A stretch of 64,000 bases of DNA. Source: Lama glama. Lineage: Eukaryota. The notes beneath the pieces were generated by a model. The model did not search any database, was not told where the DNA came from, and saw only the letters and a list, made by a program, of their open reading frames with translations. The stretch lies in contig CM052816.1 in the NCBI GenBank assembly GCA_028534125.1, positions 13,332,001 to 13,396,000 of the forward strand, read 5' to 3'. The stretch's first letter is position 1, and the number at the start of each line of letters is the position of its first letter. Positions 25,020-37,400 of this stretch are shown here, piece by piece. The position numbers were made by a program, and so were the translations under genes.

Positions 25020-25975
25020 ACATGTGATGGACACTTGTTGCTTTGCTGGCTGAGCATCCGCTCTTCCTTCTGACATCACCATTCAGTATTCCCTGGGAGA
25101 AGGTACCCCTCTCCCACTCTCGGCACACATGCTGACCTTGGCCCTGATCTGTGAGTGGGCAGACAATTACCCAGCATATCCCATCCCAGGAGATCAGAGA
25201 CGGTCATGTGACCCAAGTGGGTCCAGCGTAAAAAACTAGGAGTTTTGCTGAGAATTTTTGGGACGGAGAGACTCTCTGAGGCACTTCAGCTGATAGAATA
25301 TCTGCCTGGAGCTGCTGGTGACCATATTGGTAGAGTGGGAAGAAAGCCTGCCTGAAAATGAAAGACAGCTGTGGTAAAAGATGGAGAAGGCAGCTCTCTG
25401 ACGGCAACACTGAGCATCTGAATGCAACCATTTCTGAATTCAACTGCATCTGAGACAGGAAGGAAGGGGGCAGGGCACAGCCATTAAAGGAATGACACAG
25501 CAATTAGCACCAAGATGGCAGAAAAGTCAACTCCCAGTAGACCTTAACACCCAAGATGGTAGGAGATCCAACCTCCAGTGGACTTTGAGCTACATTATAC
25601 ACACTGTGATGTACTAGCATGGTGAATGACACACCCACAGGCGCCATGACAATTCGGAGGCTAACCATGAAAGATCAAAGAGGCAGGGGTGGCCCAATTC
25701 CTCGGAATCCCTGCCCCTTCCCCAAAGTAGTTGGTCCATGGAGTGTGCAGCTCCCTGAATAAATTTACTTTTACTCTACTGTGGCTTGCTCTTGAATCCT
25801 TTCCTGTGAGAAGCCAGGGACCCATCCCAGGGATTCGACTGGGACCTGGGACACGGCCATCCTCTCCAGCCCCCCATTTTTTATCCTGTTCCACATCCCC
25901 TGGTTTTTTCACTTATGTGGGGCAATAAAATCCTTTCTCATTTAAGCCATTCTGAGTTGGGTTGCTAGTGATAAG
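25020..25975 (+). mobile_element. MLT1-type MaLR LTR, split by a younger solo LTR
   Basis: 'ggtcatgtgacccaagtgggtcca' on the left. MaLR 3' motif 'caataaaatcctttctcatttaagccattctgagttgggtt' on the right. Confidence 0.65.
25451..25893 (+). mobile_element. Solo LTR, ERV1-like, with 4-bp TSD CATC
   Basis: Starts with TG ('tgagacagg') and ends with CA ('cctgttcca'). CATC at 25447-25450 and 25894-25897. AATAAA at 25758-25763 followed by U5-like 'ctcttgaatcctttcctg..gaagcca'. Confidence 0.8.
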
Positions 25976-27827
25976 AGCCTAATTCAGTGGCGTACCAAGA
26001 GCAAGCTAGTATGAAAAGAGCGCCTTGCAAGGAGGAGCAGTTTATCATGACCTGGTTTAGAATTGCCAGTTCAACCAAAAAACACACCAGCTCTTAGTAG
26101 GTTGTCTTAGATTGAATTCTCCATAGACAACGCACCTCCTTATTGCTGGCCTCAGGGCACACTGTTCCCACTGTCCCCTCTGCCCTCATCCTCACTCCCC
26201 ATCTCTGCCTTGGACGGATACAGTAGATGAAGAGGAAGCATAGATTTTGAACTGCATATAATCTTAGAAAGACTCTAACTCTAACAATCCATTTATTAAT
26301 ATGGAACTAAGACTTGGAGAGGGAAAAAACTTGGCCAAAGTCAAATTGCATGGGTCCAGAGAAGCAGTAAGAATGAGACGCAGAGTGCATGGATAATCCA
26401 TGAAAGAGCTGACCAACAGGAAATAAACACCCTTCATGGGCCTGAGGCGTCTCTGTTCAATGTCCTCTGCTATCCACTGGGGGTGGGTATGGATGGGGAC
26501 TGTGGATTCAGCCCCATCAGGCAGCTCAAAGCACTGGTCTGTGTTTACCCAGGCAGAGATACTGGCAATTTGCACTGGATCCTTGTTTCAAACACAGCTG
26601 AACAGCTGGGTTGGAGAAGCTGAAATTTCGCCAAATGCCTAGTACCTGCTCACACTGGCACACACGATCTTAAGATCAGGAGTTCCTGGAAGGGCTTTTG
26701 TGGTTGAGAAGCTCAGAGACTGTTCCTAAGAGCGTTTACACATGTCTCTGGATTAGGGGCCCCACCAGCGGTCAGTTTCACGTATGTCGAGGCGGGATAA
26801 GATTTAGACCATGTACCCATCCCTCCCTGGTCACAAAGTCAGACGACTGTTTGGGAACAATAAAATCCCCAAGACACGTCCCATCCCACCCCCACCGTGT
26901 CACCCAAACACCTTTCCCCTTAGTCCCTCTTACCCTCGGTTAGCTGTAAAACAAACAGAAAGACTGCTCTCTCCATTGCGGCCCACACCCTTCATCTTGT
27001 CTTGCTGGGGCGTGAACTGCTGAAAAAGTATCTTGCATGAGAAGAAAGGGGTAAAGAGGGACAAAAATCCTGTGTTATTAGATTTATTTCTGCTGGGCAT
27101 TTGGCCCTAGATGACTGTTTCTAAGGTCTGGTGTCTGAAGGTCTGGGTTCAAACGCCGGTTCCCTTGCTTTCCAGGCTTTGTGAGCAGGGATGACTAATT
27201 CCGTGCCGCAGTCTTCCCACCTGTCAAATGGACAGCATCGCATCAGCTTCACAGGGTGCTGAAGTGACACGGAGACAAGCTGTCTCTGCAGTGTTCGTGG
27301 GATGATGTCTCTCAGAAGCTGAGACGACTGCTTGCCAAGTGTCTTCCCCACTTCTCCACACGCACACAAGGCAGCAGCCGCGGCCTGGAGTCCTCTCCCG
27401 GGGTCACTGGCCAGGGCTCCACACCAGACACCCTGGGTCCCAGGCCTGCACTAGTGTCTTTAATGGCTCTGACCTACACTCACATTTACCAGGAATACCT
27501 GATTTATGTCATTCTGGCTGGCACGAAACAGGGCAGCAGGAAGGTCAGGCCCAAGAGCTCTGACTCTTCGCCCCGCGGCGTCGCTGCTCCGGCCCCAGCG
27601 GGCCCTCGCCTGCCGGGAGGGAGGCACCAGCTGGGCCCGCAGGCGGCGGGGCTTCTGCCCACCTGTGGCCCCGACCCCGCACAAACCTGGTGGCTTCCTT
27701 TATTGACAATGAAGCAGGGGCCAGGGATGCTAACTCCCTTCCCGCTTAGCTCCTCCAGCAAGCAACCCTTTTATTCGGCCTGGAAGAATCTTCCAAAGGA
27801 TTCCTGGGCCAGTAAAGTCCCTGTACG

Positions 27828-28327
27828 NNNNNNNNNNNNNNNNNNNNNNNNNNNNNNNNNNNNNNNNNNNNNNNNNNNNNNNNNNNNNNNNNNNNNNNNN
27901 NNNNNNNNNNNNNNNNNNNNNNNNNNNNNNNNNNNNNNNNNNNNNNNNNNNNNNNNNNNNNNNNNNNNNNNNNNNNNNNNNNNNNNNNNNNNNNNNNNNN
28001 NNNNNNNNNNNNNNNNNNNNNNNNNNNNNNNNNNNNNNNNNNNNNNNNNNNNNNNNNNNNNNNNNNNNNNNNNNNNNNNNNNNNNNNNNNNNNNNNNNNN
28101 NNNNNNNNNNNNNNNNNNNNNNNNNNNNNNNNNNNNNNNNNNNNNNNNNNNNNNNNNNNNNNNNNNNNNNNNNNNNNNNNNNNNNNNNNNNNNNNNNNNN
28201 NNNNNNNNNNNNNNNNNNNNNNNNNNNNNNNNNNNNNNNNNNNNNNNNNNNNNNNNNNNNNNNNNNNNNNNNNNNNNNNNNNNNNNNNNNNNNNNNNNNN
28301 NNNNNNNNNNNNNNNNNNNNNNNNNNN
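27828..28327. other. Assembly gap (500 N)
   Basis: Run of N; the round length suggests a placeholder size. Confidence 1.
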
Positions 28328-28649
28328 CTATGAATAAGCACTTCCACGTGGCAGAATCTATTTCACTGCTGCACTTGCCCTTGACGTGGGAAAGGACATG
28401 TTCAGGGACATTCAGGGAAAACTTGCAATAGCAAAAGATTGGACGGAGCTTAATGTCCGTCACTAAGAGACGTGTTAAATAAACAAACATACTCCCATAC
28501 GATGCAGTTCTATATAGCCACTTAAAAGGTGGGTCTGTTTATATTGATATAGAAAAATTCCCAAGAATAAAGTTTAGAAAGCAAGGTGCAGAATAGTGTT
28601 TAGCGTGTACCACCATTTAAGACAGCATACACTTACATGCCAGTGCTAC

Positions 28650-29030
28650 CTGTTTTGAATTATGTCATCCCCAAATTCCTATGTTGAATTTCGAACCCCC
28701 AGTACCCCCAGTACCTTACTTGGAAGATAAGGTCCTTATAGAGGTAATTAAGTTAAAATAAGGTCATGAGGTCGGGCCCTAATTAAATAAGACTGGTGTC
28801 CCTATAAAAAAGGGAAATTTACACACAGACATGCACACAAGAAGAACTCGGTGTGAACACAAAGGCAGACACTGAGGCGATGCATCTACAAGCCACCAGA
28901 TATCTAAGATTGCCAGCAGGACACCGGAGGCCGGAGAGAGGGGCGGAAAAGACTCTCCTTCACAGCCTCCAGAAAACACCTGCCCTGCCGGCACCTTGAT
29001 TCCAGACTTCCAGCCTTCAGCAGCCTTAGT
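28650..29030 (+). mobile_element. MLT1 (MaLR) LTR
   Basis: 'ccccaaattcctatgttgaa...gaggtaattaagttaaaataaggtcat...ggcaccttgattccagacttccagcct'. Confidence 0.85.
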
Positions 29031-29043
29031 GAGCGAATGCAAC

Positions 29044-29083
29044 CTCTCTCTCTCTCTGTGCGGGTTTACACACACACACACAC
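29044..29083. repeat. (CT)n and (CA)n compound microsatellite
   Basis: 'ctctctctctctct' and 'acacacacacacacaca'. Confidence 0.8.
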
Positions 29084-30589
29084 ATGGACAAAGCCACGCA
29101 CAAAACTGCCGATGACAGAGGCTGCCTCCAGGACAGAGAACTGAGGTGGGAAAGAAAAGTTCCCCTTTTCTTTTTCGCCTTTTGAATTTTGGACTCAGTG
29201 TGTGTATGTATCATCTTCCAAATTCTCCCAACAACCCCCACCCCCAGTAAATACTTAAATACACAAGCAAATAAAAGCAGCCTGTGGGAGGCTACGCTCC
29301 TCGTCCCCAAAGCAGCCAAGTCTTCCCAATCTAACCTTTGGGGACCAATACGCTTTAACCTCTGCTGCTGAGTCCGACCCATCGTGAGGGGCAGTTGCTA
29401 GGAGGGCTGTGTTGACAATGATGCCGAGGCCTCTACTGGGCCCGGGGACGAGAGGTCATCAGTGAGAATGTCTGCAAGCTGCAGGGAGGGATCCGGGGGC
29501 GGGAGCTACGAGCATCTGCCCACCCTGACCTATCCCACTAGTGGTCCAGGCTGGGAGTTTCAGGTTGGTTTAGGGCTGGAGAGGGTAGTACACAAGTCAT
29601 ATTCCTCTCCAAGTAATGGGAAGCCCCACTATTATGGAGCTCTGCTACAGGGTATGGGTCAGACAGGTGGCTCCGAACCATGTGATATGATGACTCAGCC
29701 CATGCCTGAATCTGGGCCAACTGTGTGTGAAGAAATCCTTTTTCTTTTCTGGAGTAAATGGGCAGATGGAGAGTCACTGTGAGTCACGAAGCCCGAGGCC
29801 CCAAATGGTCGTGCAGATGGAGAAAAATGAGACCCTGTGCAGGAGGGCACCCTCAACTGTGGGGTTTGACCCCTGCATGTGCCGCACCTGCCGAAATGTA
29901 CACAATCCAAGAGGCAGACCAAGCCCCCGGGGCGGAGGAGACACAGAGACTTGGCGCAACTGCGAGTACAGCCTGGACCCTGGCCACCTCCCAAAGCAGA
30001 AATGATGAGAAACTTGGAACAACACTCCACGTGGAAGAAATTAGAACGAAGGCTGTTAAGCGCATGCCAGGGTCAGTCTAACCCTGCTTCTAAATATGAC
30101 ACAGAAACATGCCCACGTGTGGAAATCCACACCTCAGGGGTCAGCATTTTATACTGTTAACGGTATTCTTCTCCTCGGGGAATCCTCTCTCTGAGCGATG
30201 ATAGCTAAATCCTTTTAACAAGATCAGCTTTCTCTGGTCCCTTAGGAAAGTACATTTCCCCAGCCAGCAAATCCAGAATACTTTTTTTTTTTTAAATGGC
30301 AGGAGACATCCCCTCAGGGATCTGCTGGGAAAGCAGGAGAACAGAAAGACAGATAAAGAAAGAACACAAGTTCACCTGGCAAGAAGGCTGAGATAAGGTG
30401 AATCTGGAGCCTTGGACTCCACCTTTCATAGAATCAACATCTGGCACTGAGGCAAGATTGTGAAGCCATATAGCAAAGGGTGATGCTTCGAGTTCTCAGT
30501 GCTGCTCTGCGGTACTAGAGGTGCCTTGATCACATCCTCTCCTGAAGACGGCCACGTCCAGCACGGGGCGTAAAGAAGTCAACAAGGCA

Positions 30590-31400
30590 GAATCCTTGAT
30601 CTTGGGGAGCATGGAGTGTATCCACAGAAACAACCAACCACAAGGCAGACTCACAAGTTATAATAACAAAGGCACAGAACATGTGCTCTGGGAGCAGAGA
30701 CGAGGGAGACAGGGAGACCTGCTTTCCAGAGAAGGTGACTTTTGAGCTCAGGTTGAAGGGTAAAGGAGGAATCTTCCAGGTTAAAAAAGGAGGAGAAAGG
30801 ACAGTCCAGACCGAGGGAAGACCTTGTTCGAAGGCTCACTGGTGAACGAATAGGGAGCAGCCAGGGAACCAGGAAGCAGTCTGGCATGCTGGAGGGTGGG
30901 ATGACGCTGGAGATGGGCTGAGCCTCGCACGCCAACTTGAATCTATGCTCCTCCCAGAGCTACGGGGGGAGCCAATATGTGCTTCCTCACGGTGGGAGAC
31001 ACACCGTTCCCTGCTTTGGAGGTAACTTCGCCCTTCAGGTGAACAGCGAACCAGCGTCGGGGGAGGTGGTGGGAGGGAGGCGAGGGAGGAGGCTGCTGAA
31101 ATCGCCCAGCGGGAGAGAGCGATCACAAAGCCCTGAATGGCCACATGCGCCCGCCGTGAGGAGGAGGACTCAGAGCTGGGCCGTGTTGGATCTGGAATGG
31201 ATAGGACCTGCTAAAGGATGGTTTGGAGGGAGGATGATTTTGAGGTTTCTGACTTGGCCTGTGGCCTCACCCAAAACAGAGGACCTAGGAGGAAGGGAGG
31301 GGCGAGGTGTCATTTGGGACCCGCCGTCATCTGGCGATGTCCAACAAGCAGGCGGAAATATGGGCGTGGAGTCTGCCAGAGAAGACTCTGGTGAAATAGC
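30590..31400 (+). mobile_element. Decayed LINE-2 relic
   Basis: 'gaaggtgacttttgagct', 'gatgattttgaggtttctgacttgg', 'gatgtccaacaagcagg'. Confidence 0.55.
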
Positions 31401-33959
31401 TTTCTTCTGACACAGTCCTGTTCAGCCTCCATGCCTGGGGTTTGGCTAAGGCCGCTGCGGGCAGGCTGGGGGGTGGGAGTGGGGGGACTGCTGTCCTGAG
31501 ACCCTGGGCGGAGTCCCACCTTCCCACCAGCAAGGCGGCTTTCTCCCTCTGCCTCTGCGTCACGAACAAAATTTGCACAGGCTCGTGCGCCTGGCAGAAA
31601 GTGAAAGTGAAAACGTGTCCCGCAGCTCTGGGAGCCGGCAGCTGAGTTCTGGCTTCAGATACACGTTTTGCAGGTATGCTTCTCAGGCAGGATACATTCC
31701 TGCAGAATCGCAGAAGCCTCCAGAGCCCCAGGGATCAGCTCTCGGCGGGCGAGGAAGAGAGAGGGGGGCAGCGCTCCTTCCCGGAGCCCAGTGGGAAGTG
31801 GCGTCAGGAGAAAAGCCACGCACAAAGCAAATGGTGACTGGCGTCGTGAGGAGACGGGCTGCCCGGGACAGGAAAAGCAGGACGAAAGAAGTTCCAGCAT
31901 ATGTTAATGCAATGATCTCCAGATACTTTCAGGATGGTATCATGGTAACATTATTTCACACCTAGAGATGTTTTAGGACGCGAGGGCATGGAACCTCCAT
32001 CACTAGCGCTGTCTCTCTTACTGAACACCAAGCCCTGTGAGTTTGGCTCTGCATTACAGTTATCATCCGCATTTTGTGGATGAAGAAAATTGAGGGAGGT
32101 TTAATGACCTGCCCCCAGTTGCCCATCGGATAAGTGGTGTATCTGGGATTTGGAAGCAGTCTGTCTGACTCCAGAGGCTGCCCTCTTTAACCACAAAGCC
32201 ACAGGCTCCCCAGCACATGTGTATGATTGACGCATTTTACGGCACTCCGTACTGCTCAAAGCACCGACATATATTTATGCCCTCCAAATTGGCAGGGCCA
32301 GGCCAAGACTCAACCATTACCCGGAAATGGCTTTTTATGGAATTCTCTGGAGCTGGAAGATAGACCAGTATCTGGTACACTGCTGTCCCTTCTAGGCATA
32401 TGAGCCCTGAATGTCCACATGCACCGTGAAGAGGAAGACTCAGAGCTGGGCCATGCTGGATTTGGAATGGATAGCGTAAGAAATGGATAAGAAACAGCAT
32501 CTGTCAACCCCGCCAGCCTTCCCCTCATGCAGGATGCACTTCATAAAGCCTACACTTCCTGTAAGACCACACAGGGACTCTAGTCCTCGTACCGCAGCTG
32601 CCAAGAGGAACTGAAGCAAAGTGAGTCAAAGGACACAGACTGAGGGTCACATTTTGTACTGCAAGCCCCAGAAGTGCCTTCTAGAAAATCCTCATGTTGG
32701 TTTTGGACTCATTTTCTTGGCTTCTAAGCTCTTGAGACCAGACTGAGGGTTCTGTTATTACTGTCAATTAATTAACAGCCGTAACAACTGTCAGTTACTT
32801 AATATGCATTAGATCTACCAATGGATCTATGTATCAATCGATCAATTTCTCTTTTTCCATTTGAGATGTTGCAGACGTGATGCCCTTTATCCCTCAGAAT
32901 GTGTGCTTATTTCCTTAAAGTCTCCTACAAATCCTGCCTCTCAAAACCACAATGTAATTATCTAAATCATGACAGTCACATTGATGCAATATGGTTATCT
33001 AATCCATAAGCCTGACTCAGATTTTGCCAAGGGTTTCTATAATGTTCTTTTTAGCCCAAGAAAATCCACGATTAGGTGTCGCATTCACTTGTCACATCTC
33101 TGGAACAATTCCTGAATCTTGCTACTTCATGCCATTGACACGTTTGAAAGGAACGCCCCTCCATTTGGTCTGTCTTTCTCATGGTGAGGTTCAGCTTATG
33201 CACTTTTCCTTGGAATTCCACGGAAGACGTGAGTTCTGCAAGGGACATGCTGTCCACTACTCCCAGTAAAAGGTAGTGTCTGCTGGTTTTCTCCAGTGTA
33301 AAGTCGCTGTTTTATCCTTTGTGATCACCAGTCTCTTGGAAGGAGATACATTTTGACTATGAAGATATCCTGTGGTGATTTATCCATCAATGATTCTCCG
33401 CTGACTCAAATATTATTGTGGTGGTTGCCAAACGGTGGCATTCTAAATCCATCATTCCTTCTACCATCATTAGTCGGCTTTCCACTGTAAGCAGGAGTTT
33501 TCTTGTATGCCTTATTTATTTGTGTTGGCGTGGACTCACGAACTCTGACTTTATTCAGTTTGTTAGATTTCTTTGCTGTTATCATTCATTTTGACACTCA
33601 AATTGTCCCAGATGTTCGCCAGGTACTTTACGGAAAATATTTCATATAATTCTCAAAGCAATTCTCTGCGGTGGGGACTATGGTTATCCTTGTTTTGCAG
33701 ACAAAGAAGCTGAAACTCAGAGAGATGAACTTTCGCAACATCTAATTGGTGGAGTTTCCAAACTCCTTATGCCAAATACTTGATATATCTGTACATACAC
33801 ACGTATCTATAACTTACCGCCAACCTTCGTGATGCCCCTGCCACGTAGGAATTATCCCCCCCCTCCTGTTTTTAAAATGTAAACAAATTTTCCCCTCCCT
33901 TCCTATTTTAACATGGGAAAATAAGCTCAGAAATGTTAAGTAACTTGCCACAAAGCTGT

Positions 33960-34310
33960 GATGAGAATTCGGTATCACTTATATGTGCAATCTAAAAACA
34001 ATGGCACAAATGAACTTATTTATGAAACGAAGAGACTTATAGGCACAGAAAACAAACTTATGGTTACGGAGGGGAAAGAGGAGGGAAGGGATAAATTAGG
34101 AGGCTGGAGTTTTCAGGTACTAATTACTACATATAAAATAGATAAACAACAAGGTCTTTCTGTTTAGCATAGGGAAGTATATTCAATATCTTATAAAAAC
34201 CTACAATGATACAAAATATGAAAAATAATATATATGTATAATTGAATCTCTATGCTGTACACCAGAAACTAACACAACATTGTAAATCAAATATACTTGA
34301 TTAATTAAAA
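33960..34310 (+). mobile_element. LINE-1 3' end, artiodactyl-type
   Basis: 'atcacttatatgtgcaatctaaaaa...acaaatgaacttattt...gaaaacaaacttatggttac...ctgtacaccagaaactaacacaacattgtaaatcaa'. Confidence 0.9.
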
Positions 34311-35574
34311 GAATAATTCAGAGGCCTATTTAAAATCCCATATTGTTTTTCAGCAGACCGTGTTGCCCCTTTAAGGTGGGACACTGAAACATCTACTCTT
34401 GGCCATTTATTCAGTTCTGTTCAGGACAGAGGCGGTGACTGTGGCTTTTCTACTGACAGACTGTATTTGCGACTGTTTTTGCTTTGTCTAAAAATTATCC
34501 TGATTCCAAGCAGCACCAAACCTAGGAACTTACAGTGATTTAGATCTTGCCAGAATCTCTGGTGTTCTTGAAATAGTTGATGGCAATTGAGTTACTGAAA
34601 ATTTTAATCTCTCAAGAAACTTCTCATTCATGAAGGTGTGGACGAGGGGAGGTTGCTAGTAACTACATAAAGAGAACCCAGAACATTTTGATATTTAATC
34701 AGAAAGGAAATGTGTGTGTTAAAGCATCAATCCTGTCCAGTTTTGACCCAGGGCAACGTCAAAATGAGGTTTGAGGACCACCAGACTTACAGTCACCCCA
34801 GGCGCCCATTACAGAGTCTGGAGTCTTGCCCCAGATCTACCAAATCAGAGTTCTTTGGTTTTAACAAACTTCTCAGAGCCCCTGATGCTCACTAAAGTGG
34901 AAACGGGTGTGCTAGGTCTTCTGCCCCATCTTAGTTCCTGTGGGCTCGTAACGATGCTGACTTTATCCCAGCAAAGTCAGACTTTGGCCTGCTTCACCTG
35001 CGCCCTGCCTCTGGCCCACGGCGATCATGAAGGGGAGGGTAATTCACCAGTTCCACTGCCCTTAGGGAATGAGCCTGGGGCGGGCTCCCCACCCCCAGCC
35101 CCAGCCCCATCGCCTACAGGAAGCAGGCAGCAGAGGGAATGCACCATCCCCCAAGTATTCTGATGTACAGGATCTGCACATCGTTCTTGCAGCCCTGGGC
35201 AAAGTTCTGAGCATCGTCTTTGAGGTGGGTGGGGAGCCAAACCCCTTTTCAAGGCTCCGGTGAAAACCAGTACAAATAAACAAAAACCCGCTGTTGATTC
35301 ACAAAGCAGAGTCCTGCCTGCGCTTCGGATAGGTTAATTCATCGCCAAACCAGGAGCACTGTGAAGTGACTGACTTAACTCCAGATGGGGTCTTTGCAGC
35401 TTCTCTCTGCCTCCACTTAGCCTCATCCCCAACCCGACCCCTCACTCAGGCTGAAACCAGTCTAGGCTGTACATGGTGGAGCCAAGTGCAGGTGCCACCT
35501 GTCACGTCAGCCCCCAAGTCAAACAGTAGAGGTGTGCTGGTGAAGGCCGAACCACCAGCTCTTTGTGGCAGGGG

Positions 35575-35722
35575 CTGATTTATAGCATTTGGTGATTTCA
35601 GTGGTGTTAGTACCACTGCCGTAGGCAATTTTAAGGTACCAGCCATTTAACAGCCGGCTCACCAAGATTTCTGTATTTTTAACAATTGGCTCTTGTGAGC
35701 TGGAGAGGCCGGCTTCAGCACC
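35575..35722. mobile_element. MER63-like hAT fragment
   Basis: 'gatttcagtggtgttagtac...tttaacagccggctcacc...gagctggagaggccggcttcagcacc'. Confidence 0.5.
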
Positions 35723-36189
35723 AGACAGCCCTAGTAAGAGATTCACCAGCTGTAACCGAGGCTTGTGCAGGGAAGGGTGATGGGGGAGCGTAACTTGCTG
35801 CGCAGTGAAGGGGATGAACCGGGCAGCACTGGAGGGTCAGCCCGGGGCTCGGAGGAGAGCAAGTCCGCGTCCCTGGCTCTCTACCTTTCTCCCGAGCATC
35901 TGACAACAGAACTGTGGCAGAGGGCTTATGATTTTTCACAGACTTCAGGGTGCTCAGCTTTGCCTTTAACGGAAAACCACCCCCGGATACCAATGGACAG
36001 AGGTAATGTGAGGACCTCTGCCGGTGCCCAGCGGGCGAAGGAAGTAGAAAGTGGCCCTCCCTCCAACACCACTGCTGAATGTGTGTGTTTTAAGAGCCAT
36101 GGGTAATGTTCACCATACAAAGAGATTAAGCAGTCTGTGGAATTAGTGATCACTCCATCTCATGCCAGCTTCTAAGCCAGTTTCTTCCT

Positions 36190-36288
36190 GGGGAGTGGGT
36201 ACAGCTCGGTAGAAGAGTGTGTGCTTAGCGTGCACACCTGGGTGCAATCCCCAGTACCTCTATTAAAATAAGTAAAATTAAATTAAAC
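36190..36288 (+). mobile_element. tRNA-derived SINE of camelid type
   Basis: 'ggggagtgggtacagctcggtagaagagtgtgtgcttagcgtgcac..cctgggtgcaatccccagtacctc' plus an A-rich tail; degenerate A and B boxes. Confidence 0.8.
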
Positions 36289-37229
36289 CCATCCTTCTAA
36301 ACTATGGCGGGAAAGGGAGGTGGGCATGAGATGCCCCCACTGCCCTCTCTCCTGGTGTGAAGAAACCTCACCATGGGTTCCCTAGACCAGGAGTTCCAGA
36401 CTGAGTAAATGCCCAGAGGCTGCAAACTCTAACTGCAAACTCTGTATCTATCAGTATGTGACCCTGGGCCACTCATTTCACTGCCAGAGCCTCGGGTGTC
36501 CCCACTGCCAGCTGGGACCCATCGTGGTTCTAAGGAGGATTCTTTCGTTTGCAAGGGACAGAAGCTACTGCACCTGGCCCAGACACAGCGACGTGCTCAT
36601 TGTAAGGGTGTAGGCACCATATGGGGTTCTGGGGCAGGGCTTAAAGGACAATCAGGTGCTCTAGGAAAGCAAAAAGCTGTTCAGGTCTGAGACCAGCTTT
36701 TCTTTCTCTGGTTCCATTTGGTCTTTTCTCTCTGCTCCAATCTCCTGCCTCTGAAGACGGGCCTCCTTGCGCCTTTCAACTTGGACTCAGCACAACACAG
36801 CCAGCGGTCCTAGCTCAGCACCAGGAGTTCTTATCTTGTGTTCTCATCTCTCAGGGCAACTTCCCTTGGAGGTCAAATTCACAGGAGTGAAAATCTAACT
36901 GACCTCCATCATGTGTTTAAGGTGAGCCACGTGAGTCACAGCACACTGCATTCTGACAACCTTTGCCTTCGCTGTCTGCCCATGTGTGTTCCTCTGGCCG
37001 TGACTGGAGAAGCAAGCGGGGAGAAACACACGGTGTGTAGGGAGAAGGGTCAAAGCCCACACAGCCCGAGGTGTCTCCCAGGACTGGCAGGCTGGCCAGT
37101 CTGACGGCCGTGAAACAGCGTCGCCCACATCTAGAGATCACCACCTTTTTGCAAGGTATTGAAGAAACACATACTGTAATGTTACTGACTTTTGAGGATG
37201 GCAAATGTTATAAAGTACATTAAAAAGCA

Positions 37230-37400
37230 TCATTTCATTTAATCAAAACAACCTTAGAAGCAGTCTTATATCCACTTAAAAGATGAGGACACTGATATTC
37301 AGAGAAGATAAATGATTACCTCAAGGTCCCACAGTTAGGAAATGGCTGAACCGGACTTAACGTCAGGTTTCCAGACTCCAGATCCAGTGCTCTCTCCTCC
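37230..37400. mobile_element. MIR SINE
   Basis: 'agatgaggacactgatattcagagaagataaatga...caaggtcccacagttaggaaatggc'. Confidence 0.7.

Noticed and set aside
27454..28490. Long ORFs of 205-325 aa in the ORF track
   Set aside because: Their length comes from translating through the 500-N gap.
33242..33256. GRE-like sequence GGGACAtgcTGTCCA as a GR autoregulatory site
   Set aside because: Imperfect match inside what looks like decayed repeat sequence; near-matches are expected by chance in 64 kb.
36190..36260. tRNA-like sequence as a tRNA gene
   Set aside because: Degenerate boxes, an internal deletion and an A-rich tail indicate a SINE.
36420..36443. Short tandem repeat 'ctgcaaactct' x2 (similarly 'cccccagta' near 28696-28715)
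   Set aside because: Ordinary slippage-scale duplications with no evident consequence.
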